Origin: Candidatus Entotheonellaceae bacterium
GTDB lineage: Bacteria > Tectomicrobia > Entotheonellia > Entotheonellales > Entotheonellaceae
Direction of reading: 5' to 3'
DNA: 64,000 nucleotides
Assembly: GCA_965238075.1 (NCBI GenBank)
Contig: OZ250173.1
Location: 2,592,001 to 2,656,000 of the forward strand
The notes below the pieces were generated by a model. It did no database searches. It had not been told where the DNA came from and saw only the letters and a list, made by a program, of their open reading frames with translations. A program made the translations under genes and the position numbers. The number at the start of each line of letters is the position of its first letter. Position 1 is the stretch's first letter. Of this stretch, positions 30,660 to 41,547 are shown piece after piece.

Positions 30660-32288
30660 TCAGTAGCCGATGGCCTGCCCGTCCCGGCGAGGGTCGGCGG
30701 CGCCGGTGAATGTACCCGTATGCGGGTCGATGCGGATGGCGTGCACGCCGCCGAAATAGCGGTTCTTGCCGCGGTAACGTTTGACGGTGTGGCCTCTCTG
30801 CTGCAGTTGCGCGGTCACCCGCGGCTCGATGCCGGCTTCCAGGTGCAGGACGCCGTCCTGCCAGTGCACGCGCGGCGCGGCCACGGCAGTGGCCAGATCC
30901 ATGCCGTGGTCGATGACGTTGGAAAGGGTCTGCAACACCGCGGAGGGGATGCGGTGACTGGCAGGGGAACCCAGAATCATGCAGGCCCGGTCGTCCTTGA
31001 GCACAATGGTCGGGCACATGTGACTGCGCGGGATTTTGCCGGGCGCCACGGCGTTGAGATGGGTGCGGCCTTCGGAAAAGTCGTTCATTTCATTATTCAG
31101 CAGCAGGCCGGTGCCGTCCAATACCATGCCGGAACCCCAGAAGAGGCCGATGGTCTGGGTAGCGGAGACGATGCTTCCCCAGCGATCGATGATCGAATAG
31201 TGGGTCGTACAGCCCTGACCGTCGTCGGTCGAACTGTCGCGTGAGAACGACGGGTTGGCGCGGTTGAACGACAGGCTGTGGCTGAAGTCGGCGGCCCACG
31301 ATTTGTCGAGCAGCGCGCCCATTGGAATGGCCGCCAGGGTGTCGGGGTCGGCGATGTAACGTTCCCCGGCGACGAACGACGGCTTGAGCGCCTCGGCGAT
31401 CAGGTGGATGGTGTCGACGGCGTGGGGGCCCCAGTCGCGCACAGGGTAGCGTTCCATGATGTTGAGTACCTGGAGCAGCCGCATGCCGCCGGTGCTGGGG
31501 GGCGGGGTGGTCAACAACGTGTAGCCGCGGTAGGTGCCGCGGAGAACCGGGCGTTCGTGCGGCCGGTAGCCGATCAGGTCGTCGGCAGTGATCAGGCCGC
31601 CGTTGGCCGCCATGAACCGGCCAAGCCGGTGGGCAAATGTATCCTGGCTGAAGGCTTCCAGCCCGATTTCCGAGATGCGTGTTAAGGTTTGCGCCAGTTC
31701 AGGCTGCCGTAGCGACTCGCCGGCGGCAATGGGGCCTTTGGGCCGGGTGAAAATGCGTGCTGTTGAGGGATAGCGAGACAGGAAGTCGTGGTATGAAGCG
31801 AAGTGTCTGGCCATTTTGGAGGTCACGGTGACGCCGCGTTCCGCGTGTCGGATGGCCGGCGCAAGCATGGGTTCCAGTGTCCGACGCGACAACAGGCCGA
31901 AACGGGCGGCGGCGTAGGCCAGCCCGCCTGGCATACTCGGCACTGCAACCGCCAGCGGGCCGTGCAGGGTAAGATCATGCAAGGATTGGCCCGTGCCGTA
32001 GTAGCGGTCGGGCGTCGCGGCGGCGGGCGCTCTTTCCCGGAAGTCCAGACAGAACACCCGGCCGCTGTCGAAGCGGCCCGCCGGGGAATTGGCATTGGCT
32101 TGCGGTATCCATAGGGTCATGAAGCCGCCGCCGCCAAGGCCGGAAGCGAAGGGTTCAATCACGTTAAGTGTGAACGAAACCGCCAGCGCGGCGTCGATTG
32201 CGTTGCCGCCACGTTGCAGCATTTCAAGGCCGGCCTGCGCCGCCGCCGGATGCGCGGCACAGACCATGCCTTGCGAATAATGAGGCAT
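30660..32288 (-). CDS. Gamma-glutamyltransferase family Ntn hydrolase (no signal peptide)
   Basis: GGNAIDAA, SGLGGGGF, DFRERAP, TTHYSIID nucleophile site, LLNNEM, GAADPRRDG. Confidence 0.9.
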   Translation of the reverse strand: MPHYSQGMVCAAHPAAAQAGLEMLQRGGNAIDAALAVSFTLNVIEPFASGLGGGGFMTLWIPQANANSPAGRFDSGRVFCLDFRERAPAAATPDRYYGTGQSLHDLTLHGPLAVAVPSMPGGLAYAAARFGLLSRRTLEPMLAPAIRHAERGVTVTSKMARHFASYHDFLSRYPSTARIFTRPKGPIAAGESLRQPELAQTLTRISEIGLEAFSQDTFAHRLGRFMAANGGLITADDLIGYRPHERPVLRGTYRGYTLLTTPPPSTGGMRLLQVLNIMERYPVRDWGPHAVDTIHLIAEALKPSFVAGERYIADPDTLAAIPMGALLDKSWAADFSHSLSFNRANPSFSRDSSTDDGQGCTTHYSIIDRWGSIVSATQTIGLFWGSGMVLDGTGLLLNNEMNDFSEGRTHLNAVAPGKIPRSHMCPTIVLKDDRACMILGSPASHRIPSAVLQTLSNVIDHGMDLATAVAAPRVHWQDGVLHLEAGIEPRVTAQLQQRGHTVKRYRGKNRYFGGVHAIRIDPHTGTFTGAADPRRDGQAIGY

Positions 32289-32324
32289 GGTCATCTCCAA
32301 AGCCCGAACGCTTTTCGTTCCTGA

Positions 32325-34013
<1,689 letters not shown>

Positions 34014-34120
34014 GCTTTGGAGCCGTGCTATCCGTTGTATCTCATGAAGGGAGCGGCGAGAATAAGCCTACGCTTGCGTAAGGCTCCACAGCAGGGCATC
34101 TTCTGACTGGAATCGTCGTG

Positions 34121-36019
34121 ATGCACATTGCCAACGAACTGCAGAAAATCCGCCACAACATGGATGCCTTCGTGATCGGCCACGAGGCGGTGAAGGAAGC
34201 CATGTTGTTGGGCCTCATTGCCCATGAGCATATCTATCTCCAAGGCCCGCCGGGCTGCGCCAAAACCTTGCTGGCGGAGGTGGTCGCCGCCTCGGTGAAT
34301 TGGCCGTACTTTTTTTGCCAACTACATCGTGATACCCGCCTGACTGAACTGATCGGGGACGTAATTCTGGAAAAATCCGTGCTGCCCGATAGCGGGGGAG
34401 AGGTCGTCCGCCAGCGGGTACGCGAGGGCGGGGTGCTCACCTCTGAGGTGGTGGTGCTGGATGATATTACCCGAGCGCCCGGGGAGGCCTTGAATGTCCT
34501 GCTGCGGTTGCTCAACGAGCGCAAGTACCACGCGCAACCCATCCCGCTGCGCCTGGCCATAGCCACCTCCAATCCCACGGCCGAGACTTATTTCAACGAA
34601 CCGCTCGACCCGGCTCATCTGGACCGCTTCACGCTGCAGCTGCAGACCCGAGGAACCATTTGTACCCAACAGTGGGACAAGGCCGGTGCCATCGTGGACC
34701 TCGGCCACACAACTCCGACAACCCTGACCGTTCGGCATCTGGTCGCCGCTGACCTGCTGGATGAAGCCCACCGGGCCATGCAAGACGTGGACGTGCCGCA
34801 CCACGTGATGCGGGTCTATCGCAATGTCCTCGACATCCTGCAAAACGAGCATGACTGCAACCCCACGAACTCGCTTCTCAGCGACCGCACCATGTTGGTT
34901 AAGGTTCCGGTCATGATCAGGGCCATGGCCGTGCTTGCCGGACGCTCTGTGGCAACGGCTGAAGATTTGCGTGTCTTGAAGTCGATCCTGACCTTCCGGG
35001 TTCCGGAAGCGGTTTATCAGCAGCTTGATGAGATCTTGCAGCGCGCCGCAGCGTTGGCCATGGGGCTGCCAGAGTGGTTCGATGACCAGACGCAGAAACA
35101 GGCAGCCGTCCGGGAAGCTTCAAATGAGGCGCAACGCATTGACGAAATGTCTGATAGTGACTTGGTCGATGAGTTACTGGCAACCCTGAACGTGGGTGAT
35201 GACGTATCTGATCCGCAGGCGCCCCTGCACGTCAACCGGGCGCTGACGTCACCCGAGCGGTTTCAAGAAAGCGCCCGCTACAGGGTGAAAAACCTGGAGT
35301 TGCTTGTCGAGCGAATCAACGGGCGACTGGACCGCCACAGCGCCGCTCCCGAGGCCCATCCGGGCGGCTCGCCTCGCAGTTGGAAACGCATGCGCTCTTT
35401 GCAGGAGTTTCTTGATACCGACGCCGCCGAGATGGCCACCTGGATGGACCGTGTGCATCCCGGTCTGCCGCGCGTCTACAAGAGGGAAAAGAAACATGTA
35501 GGCGGAGACATGGTGATCATCCGTGACGTGAGTGAATCCATGCGGGGCTACTATGCCCGATGGGCGGCTTCGGTGGTGACTGCGTTGGTGCAACTGGTGC
35601 GCAGGAAGCGTATGCGTATCGGATACATCGAGTTCAATCACGTGTCGCGCAAGTACAGCCATGGCGGGCGATTCTTCACACGCGACTACGATCAGATATT
35701 GGCTTTTGCCGCCAATGTGGCCTGTTCGGGCGTGACCAATTACCAGCTTCCCTTGCACGATGCGCTAACGGAGTTGCGCGCCTGGGGCACCCCCAATAAG
35801 CATGTTGTTTTGCTCACCGACGGCGAACCCACCCACGGCGACTGGCTGGTGCGCGCCGAGCGGCGCCTGGCCAAGGACCTGCGGGTCACCATCCACACGC
35901 TCTTCATTGGCGACATGGAATGCCCGGAGATCCTGGACGTCCTCTCCGAAGAATCGGGCGGCTGCCAGTTGCTGGCGGCGCCGGATGGACAAGGGGGGCT
36001 GAGCCTGCAGGAGCGCTAG
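34121..36019 (+). CDS. RavA/MoxR-like AAA+ ATPase fused to a vWA domain, paralog 2
   Basis: GPPGCAKT, VLDDI, LDRF, MIDAS DVSES, LTDG; colinear with 19067-20989. Confidence 0.85.
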   Translation: MHIANELQKIRHNMDAFVIGHEAVKEAMLLGLIAHEHIYLQGPPGCAKTLLAEVVAASVNWPYFFCQLHRDTRLTELIGDVILEKSVLPDSGGEVVRQRVREGGVLTSEVVVLDDITRAPGEALNVLLRLLNERKYHAQPIPLRLAIATSNPTAETYFNEPLDPAHLDRFTLQLQTRGTICTQQWDKAGAIVDLGHTTPTTLTVRHLVAADLLDEAHRAMQDVDVPHHVMRVYRNVLDILQNEHDCNPTNSLLSDRTMLVKVPVMIRAMAVLAGRSVATAEDLRVLKSILTFRVPEAVYQQLDEILQRAAALAMGLPEWFDDQTQKQAAVREASNEAQRIDEMSDSDLVDELLATLNVGDDVSDPQAPLHVNRALTSPERFQESARYRVKNLELLVERINGRLDRHSAAPEAHPGGSPRSWKRMRSLQEFLDTDAAEMATWMDRVHPGLPRVYKREKKHVGGDMVIIRDVSESMRGYYARWAASVVTALVQLVRRKRMRIGYIEFNHVSRKYSHGGRFFTRDYDQILAFAANVACSGVTNYQLPLHDALTELRAWGTPNKHVVLLTDGEPTHGDWLVRAERRLAKDLRVTIHTLFIGDMECPEILDVLSEESGGCQLLAAPDGQGGLSLQER

Positions 36020-36402
36020 TCGTAGGTTTTGAGATAGTCGATGATGATCCGGCGTTGCTCCGCATCGGGTATCTTGACGAGCATTCTCGAGTTGGGGACA
36101 AGTCCCTGAGCGTGGCGTATCCAGGTGTCCAGATTGTCTTCATTCCAGATAACATCGGGGGCAAATTTCCGAAACGCTCCGGAATACTCATAGCCCTCCC
36201 TCTTGCCGGCCGGAGCATTGAAAATCCCGCGCAGATCCGGCCCTAACCACACATACGCTTTCTGCCGCTCCGTTACATGGCAGGGGGCGCATTGACGATT
36301 GAAAGCGTCCTCACCGGTTACGAATTCCTCGGCCTGCAGCATCGGTGCGTGTATCGTCCCTAGCATCAGAACGATGGTAGCTACCAAGCGTCCGCGGTTC
36401 AT
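36016..36402 (-). CDS. Periplasmic class I cytochrome c (c2-like)
   Basis: Signal peptide, CAPCH heme motif, GPDL.G, YEYS, distal Met in PNSRM. Confidence 0.88.
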   Translation of the reverse strand: MNRGRLVATIVLMLGTIHAPMLQAEEFVTGEDAFNRQCAPCHVTERQKAYVWLGPDLRGIFNAPAGKREGYEYSGAFRKFAPDVIWNEDNLDTWIRHAQGLVPNSRMLVKIPDAEQRRIIIDYLKTYD

Positions 36403-36428
36403 GATTCAGGTCCCTCCAGGGAATGGTG

Positions 36429-36457
36429 TTGACACCACTTATGAGTGGGTATATAGC
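36429..36457 (+). promoter_or_regulatory. Putative sigma70 promoter with an operator-like palindrome in the spacer
   Basis: TTGACA-17 nt-TATAGC; spacer contains CCACTTATGAGTGG. Confidence 0.45.
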
Positions 36458-36523
36458 CAACCTCTAAGTGGATCAACGTATCCCACAACTCTCGATCTGA
36501 AGTTCTGATACGGAGGGAGCATC

Positions 36524-38068
36524 ATGGGAGATTCCTGGTTGACCAAAGAGCAACTGAAAGTCCTGCGGCATGCCAATGAGGATGAGGGGTTTCGCTTACC
36601 GATTCCGACACAGGTTATTTCAGACGGCGAAATCTTCCCGCCCCCGCAGTCGAGACAACAGGCCATGGTCGAGGCGCTGATCAAGGAAAGGGCCGGCGTT
36701 CTCGGCAAGCCACATGGCCTGAACCGGCGGCAGTTTCTCAGAACCGCCTCGGGTATGGCCGCCGCCTTCCTGGCCATGAACGACGTGTATGGCAAGGTTT
36801 TTACCGTCGATCAGGCGGAAGCGGCGGATTTCGAAGCGGCCGACGCGCGCCTGGCGGCCTTGCGCGACCAATTCATCTTCGACGCCCATACCCACCACGT
36901 CCACGATGACTACACCTGGGAAGGGCAGCTCTTCCTGCTGCAATACTCCCGGGGTGATCAAGAGGCAGGGTTGCCGTCGTGGACCAGCGAGTTGGAGGGC
37001 CGCGAGCTTGACCTGAAGTACTTCAAGTTCCCGCATTACGTCAAGGACATCTTCTTTGACAGTGAAACCGATGTCACTATCCTGAGCAATTCCCCTTCAG
37101 TTGTGCCGGAAAAGCAGCTCCTCACGGAGGACCAGTTGGTGGCCAGCCGGAACTACATCAACGGCATGGCGCGCACCAAGCGGGTCTATGCCCACGGTAC
37201 GATCTGGCCCAGCAATCAACCGTTCCTCGACGATATGGACCGGCAGGCCGAGGAGCTCAAGATCGACTCCTGGAAGGGCTATACGATCGGCGATCCGTTG
37301 GGGCTCGTGCCGGAGGCCAATTTTCCCTGGCGGCTGGATGACGAGAAGGTCACCTACCCAGCCTATGAGAAGGCCATGAAGTATGGCATCAAAAACCTCT
37401 GCATCCATAAAGGATTGCTACCGGTTGACTGGAAGTCTTTCGAAAACTGGCGTTACGCCGCGGTGGATGATGTGGTCAAGGCGGCAAAAGATTGGCCGGA
37501 ACTGAACTTCATCATCTACCACTCGGGTTTCAGGGCCTTCATGGACGTACGAGAGTTTGCCGCGGAATTTGAGCAAACCGGCAAGATTCCGTGGGTCGAC
37601 GATTTGGCCGAGATTCCGAAAAAGCACGGTCTTACCAACGTTTATGGCGAGATCGGGCTATCCTTCTCGTCCTGCATCACCTCCTACCCCAGGGTCGCAG
37701 CTGCCATGCTGGGCCGGCTCATCCAAGGCATGGGCGCCGACCATGTTATCTGGGGCACGGATTCGATTTGGTTCGGCTCGCCTCAGTGGCAGATCGATGC
37801 CTTCCGGCGTCTGGAGATCCCCATGGACCTGCAGGAGAAATTCGGCTTTGCCCCCTTGGGTCCTGCGGATAGCGAGGTCAAAAAAGCCATCTTGGGCTAC
37901 AACTCAGCGAGGATGTACGGTCTGGGGCTCACGGCTGATGGCCGACCGGTTGAGGCGTTCGAGAAGGATCGACTGGCGCGCTTGAGGAACGACTATCTCG
38001 CTGCCGGTGGCATGCGTGACAACATCTACTGGGGTTGGATCCATAAACAGGAGCGGGCAACCGTCTAG
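36524..38068 (+). CDS. Amidohydrolase_2-family metallohydrolase with an internal twin-arginine-like motif
   Basis: FDAHTHH, CIHKG, IIYHSG, WGTDS; NRRQFLRTASGMAAAFLAMN at about aa 67. Confidence 0.85.
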   Translation: MGDSWLTKEQLKVLRHANEDEGFRLPIPTQVISDGEIFPPPQSRQQAMVEALIKERAGVLGKPHGLNRRQFLRTASGMAAAFLAMNDVYGKVFTVDQAEAADFEAADARLAALRDQFIFDAHTHHVHDDYTWEGQLFLLQYSRGDQEAGLPSWTSELEGRELDLKYFKFPHYVKDIFFDSETDVTILSNSPSVVPEKQLLTEDQLVASRNYINGMARTKRVYAHGTIWPSNQPFLDDMDRQAEELKIDSWKGYTIGDPLGLVPEANFPWRLDDEKVTYPAYEKAMKYGIKNLCIHKGLLPVDWKSFENWRYAAVDDVVKAAKDWPELNFIIYHSGFRAFMDVREFAAEFEQTGKIPWVDDLAEIPKKHGLTNVYGEIGLSFSSCITSYPRVAAAMLGRLIQGMGADHVIWGTDSIWFGSPQWQIDAFRRLEIPMDLQEKFGFAPLGPADSEVKKAILGYNSARMYGLGLTADGRPVEAFEKDRLARLRNDYLAAGGMRDNIYWGWIHKQERATV

Positions 38069-38171
38069 GCTGGGCGCCAGAGCCTTCCCGCGGCCATGCC
38101 GTGCAGGCTTGGCGCGGGAACGGTCAGGCTTCGGAGAGGTCGGGGCGAAAGATTTTCGCCCCGACAATGGC

Positions 38172-39242
38172 CTAGTACAGAGCCACCGGGTTGCCGGGAG
38201 AGCCGGTCGCGCCGACGATCTTCAGGGGTGACCAGACGAACAGGAACTCGTACGCCCCGTCCCTGATCAGCGGGGTGAAGTCGAGATTCTCGATGTTCCA
38301 GATACCGCGCCGCGTTTGCATTTCGGTGTGGCACGGTACCGCGTACCCTTCTGCCTCGCCAACCGGCTGGGCGTCATTCGCCGACGTATCGCCGCCGGTC
38401 AGAATGATTTTGCGCTCGGCAAAGTACTCGCAGGCGCTAACGCCGAAGCCCGGCTCGCCGGAGTTGAACATCTGCCGGCGCTGCGCCTTCTCTTCTGCGG
38501 ACAGGGTGGGCCACACTTCGTTCGACCACAGGTCGCCGTGGCCGGTGTACAGAAACACGCAGTCGCCCTCGCTTATGTCCGAGAGGCCCTGCTTGCGCAA
38601 CATGCCCCGCACGTCGTCGGCGGTGACAATGCCTGGACTGTCCGTCGCGCGCGGAATCGGCAGCGGGTTCATGCCCTTGTAGTCGGCGGCGTTCAGCAGC
38701 ACGCCGCGGCACACGAAGCCCTTCTCCGCTACAAACTCGACACCAAGGCCGCCCATACCGATGACGCGTCCGCCGGCGCCGCGGGTGTAGGCCTCGGCAG
38801 CCATTTGGCCGTTGTAGAAGAAATCGCCCGCCGAAGTGCGCACGCCGATGTGTCCCGGACCGTCGAATTGGGTGCTCACCTGGCCGATCTCAGTGGTTAC
38901 CATCTCGTCGTGATACACCAGGTTGTTCTTGCCGAACGGGCCGCCGGTGGGAGTGCCGGGAATGGTCAGGCTCCAGATGCGCGGGCCAAAAAGGGGAACG
39001 TCGGAGGCGTACAGTTTGCCAAGCGTCGCCACCTTGCCCTGCTTGACCAGCCTGATCGCGTTCAAAACCATCTCCGGCGTGGTGCGGTTGGGTGCGCCGA
39101 CCCGGTCGTCCGGACCCCATTCCGTCGGAGCCCAGTTTTCCATGAGCGGCTTATCGTCCATCTGGGCGTGGGCCGCGGCGCCAAACAGGCACAGCGCAAC
39201 GACCATCGCCAAGGCAGAAATCCTGTTCATTCGGGATGCCAT
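38172..39242 (-). CDS. Secreted cyclase-family (kynurenine formamidase-like) metallohydrolase
   Basis: Signal peptide (AHA-Q), WGPDD..GA.N, TQFDGPGH, GIWNIENL, GATGSPGNPVA. Confidence 0.85.
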   Translation of the reverse strand: MASRMNRISALAMVVALCLFGAAAHAQMDDKPLMENWAPTEWGPDDRVGAPNRTTPEMVLNAIRLVKQGKVATLGKLYASDVPLFGPRIWSLTIPGTPTGGPFGKNNLVYHDEMVTTEIGQVSTQFDGPGHIGVRTSAGDFFYNGQMAAEAYTRGAGGRVIGMGGLGVEFVAEKGFVCRGVLLNAADYKGMNPLPIPRATDSPGIVTADDVRGMLRKQGLSDISEGDCVFLYTGHGDLWSNEVWPTLSAEEKAQRRQMFNSGEPGFGVSACEYFAERKIILTGGDTSANDAQPVGEAEGYAVPCHTEMQTRRGIWNIENLDFTPLIRDGAYEFLFVWSPLKIVGATGSPGNPVALY

Positions 39243-39357
39243 ATCAACTCCTTCTCGAAGTCGGACATACACTTTCCGAAGGCAACGACGTACCGTTACC
39301 AAATATAAGGGGATATGCGGGTATTGATTTCATAAACGGCCTGTGATGTCAAGCGCA

Positions 39358-40242
39358 TTACACCGGCATGGCGCGTCTGGTATGGGTGCGACCCTCCTTA
39401 GCTGTTTCCTCCCGGCCGCCGGCGATCACACGCACGCCCGCGTCGATTTTTGCGATCACCGTCTCCGGTGTGCAACTTTCCAGGAAGGCCAGTCCGTTTA
39501 CCCGGCAGGCCCGAAAGACACGGTCGCGCGCCCGCTGCATGTCCGGCGGGAACGGCTCGCGCGGCACCTGTTTGTAGCCCAACGCCAGACCCAGATCGCC
39601 GGGGCCCATTTCGGCGAACCCAAGGCCGGGCACGCTGAGTATCTGTTCGGCGTTGGACACGCCTTCGGGGCTCTCGATCTTCACACCCAGGAGTAGCTCG
39701 CCGCGCGGGTTGAGGGGCCACGGGTCGGCGCGGTCGAGGTATGCCTCCGGGCTTACGCCCCATACGGCCGCCGCCTCGGACTCCGAACCGCGCCCGCGCC
39801 GGCCAACCCGCAGACCGCGACCGACGCCGACGGCATGGATCGGATAGCGGCAAGACTCCACAAAGGCGCGCACGGCGTCGGCTGATTCCGCCTGGCAGAG
39901 CAGGATACCGTGGACGCCGCGGGCCAGAATCTGCCTGAACTGCCAGCTGTTGTTTCGAATAACAGGCTCGCTCGATCCGTCGACCGGGACTTCGACAATG
40001 ATTGTCGGTGTTCGGTGACCACTGGCCGTCGGGCCGCCGTCGACCAGCCCCTGCATGTACGTCCCCAGCCCGGTCATGTCGAACGCCCCGTGCTCCATGC
40101 CGACGTTGATGTAATCCGCCCACGTGTTGGCGTCCTCACGGCCCTGCTCGTAGGTGAGGACGTGTCCGGTATGGCCCCCGTCGTAGTAAACGGGCTGGCC
40201 GCTCACCAGCAGGGCGATGGTACGATTGATACGGTGTTGCAT
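39358..40242 (-). CDS. HpcH/HpaI aldolase/citrate lyase family protein
   Basis: MEHGAFD, QILARGVHGI, KIES.EG, MGPGDLG. Confidence 0.8.
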   Translation of the reverse strand: MQHRINRTIALLVSGQPVYYDGGHTGHVLTYEQGREDANTWADYINVGMEHGAFDMTGLGTYMQGLVDGGPTASGHRTPTIIVEVPVDGSSEPVIRNNSWQFRQILARGVHGILLCQAESADAVRAFVESCRYPIHAVGVGRGLRVGRRGRGSESEAAAVWGVSPEAYLDRADPWPLNPRGELLLGVKIESPEGVSNAEQILSVPGLGFAEMGPGDLGLALGYKQVPREPFPPDMQRARDRVFRACRVNGLAFLESCTPETVIAKIDAGVRVIAGGREETAKEGRTHTRRAMPV

Positions 40243-40435
40243 GGGGCATCCTTTCCGTTTTTGGCCAGGAAATTCGGGCCTCAAGAGGTGTTGTTCAGAA
40301 CGCCTCGTTCTGCGCCTGTCAGTGCGCCCGGGAAGCTCTTGACAGGTAGAAGAGGGCATGGCACCTTAGATGCCTTCGCCGCCGCAGGCAAGGCGGTAAA
40401 CAAGTTTGGCGATATTCCTTAATAGGAGAGAGGGC

Positions 40436-41416
40436 ATGCAAAGGTACAAGGCACTAATTATTGTCATGCTGGCGCTTGTATTTTGCGTCTCGTCAGCGAT
40501 GGCTCAGACCAAGGAGATGGGACCGTGGTGGCCGCACCCGATCTGGGGGGCTGGTGATCAGTCCGGCGGTTCGAACTGGATTACGGCGGAAAAGATTGTC
40601 GACTCGCTGAAGATGGTGACGACGGGCAAAGTCTACGAGATCGGTCAGGTGTACGAGCGTGGCATGCCGCTGTTCGGGCAGCGCACCTATTCGATTTTCG
40701 CCAACCAGGCAGGCCCGTTTGGCGACAACATGCTGATGGGTCACGACGATTTTCTGTGCGCCGAGATCGGCCAGGTGGGCACGCAGTTCGACGGCCCGGC
40801 CCACATCGGCATGCGCATGACCATGGCCGACGGCACCAGCAAGGACGTGTACTACAATGGCTTTACGGAACAGGACGACATGAAAGGCTTTTACGGCGTC
40901 GAGAGTTTGGGTATCGAGAACGTCAAGCCGTACATCACCCGCGGCGTTCTGGTTGACGTTGCCGGGTACAAGGGCGTGGATACCCTCGACCACAGCTACG
41001 AAGTCACCATGGACGACGTGCGTGGCGCGCTCGCCAAGCAGGGCATTTCCGAGTCGAGCATCAACGACGGTGACGCGCTGTTCTTCAACTATGGCTGGTC
41101 GAAGCTGTGGGGCGATCCCGACACCTATAACACCAACCCCCCGGGTATCGGCATGGAAGTGGCCGGGTGGGTCGTGGCGCAGAATGCCTCAATGGTCGGC
41201 TCCGACTCCTGGCCGACCGAGGTGTGGCCGAGCCCGACCGGTCTGGTCGTGCCGGCACACCAGGAACTGATCACGAAGAACGGTATTTTCAACCTGGAAA
41301 ATATGGTCTTCGAAAGCGTGATTGCAGACGGCGTGTACGAGTTCCTCTATATCTTCACGCCCATCCGGTTTAAGGGCGCCACCGGCTCGCCGGCCCGTCC
41401 GCTGGCTATTCGGTAA
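40436..41416 (+). CDS. Secreted cyclase-family metallohydrolase
   Basis: Signal peptide (AMA-Q), WGAGDQ.G..N, TQFDGPAH, GIFNLEN, GATGSPARPLAIR. Confidence 0.87.
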   Translation: MQRYKALIIVMLALVFCVSSAMAQTKEMGPWWPHPIWGAGDQSGGSNWITAEKIVDSLKMVTTGKVYEIGQVYERGMPLFGQRTYSIFANQAGPFGDNMLMGHDDFLCAEIGQVGTQFDGPAHIGMRMTMADGTSKDVYYNGFTEQDDMKGFYGVESLGIENVKPYITRGVLVDVAGYKGVDTLDHSYEVTMDDVRGALAKQGISESSINDGDALFFNYGWSKLWGDPDTYNTNPPGIGMEVAGWVVAQNASMVGSDSWPTEVWPSPTGLVVPAHQELITKNGIFNLENMVFESVIADGVYEFLYIFTPIRFKGATGSPARPLAIR

Positions 41417-41441
41417 TCATCCACACATAGCCGCGTAGCAG

Positions 41442-41477
41442 AAAAGGGGACGCCCGCTTCGGGTCGTCCCCTTTTTT
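41442..41477 (+). terminator. Rho-independent terminator (likely bidirectional)
   Basis: aaaaggggacg...cgtccccttttttt stem with A- and T-tracts, between convergent genes. Confidence 0.8.
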
Positions 41478-41491
41478 ATTCCGACAAACAG

Positions 41492-41532
41492 AAAGGCCGG
41501 GAAACGCTTGCGCGCTCCCCGGCCTCTTTTTT
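41492..41532. terminator. Second terminator-like hairpin
   Basis: aggccggg...cccggcct followed by a T-tract. Confidence 0.65.
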
Positions 41533-41547
41533 GCCTAGCGGGTCAAC

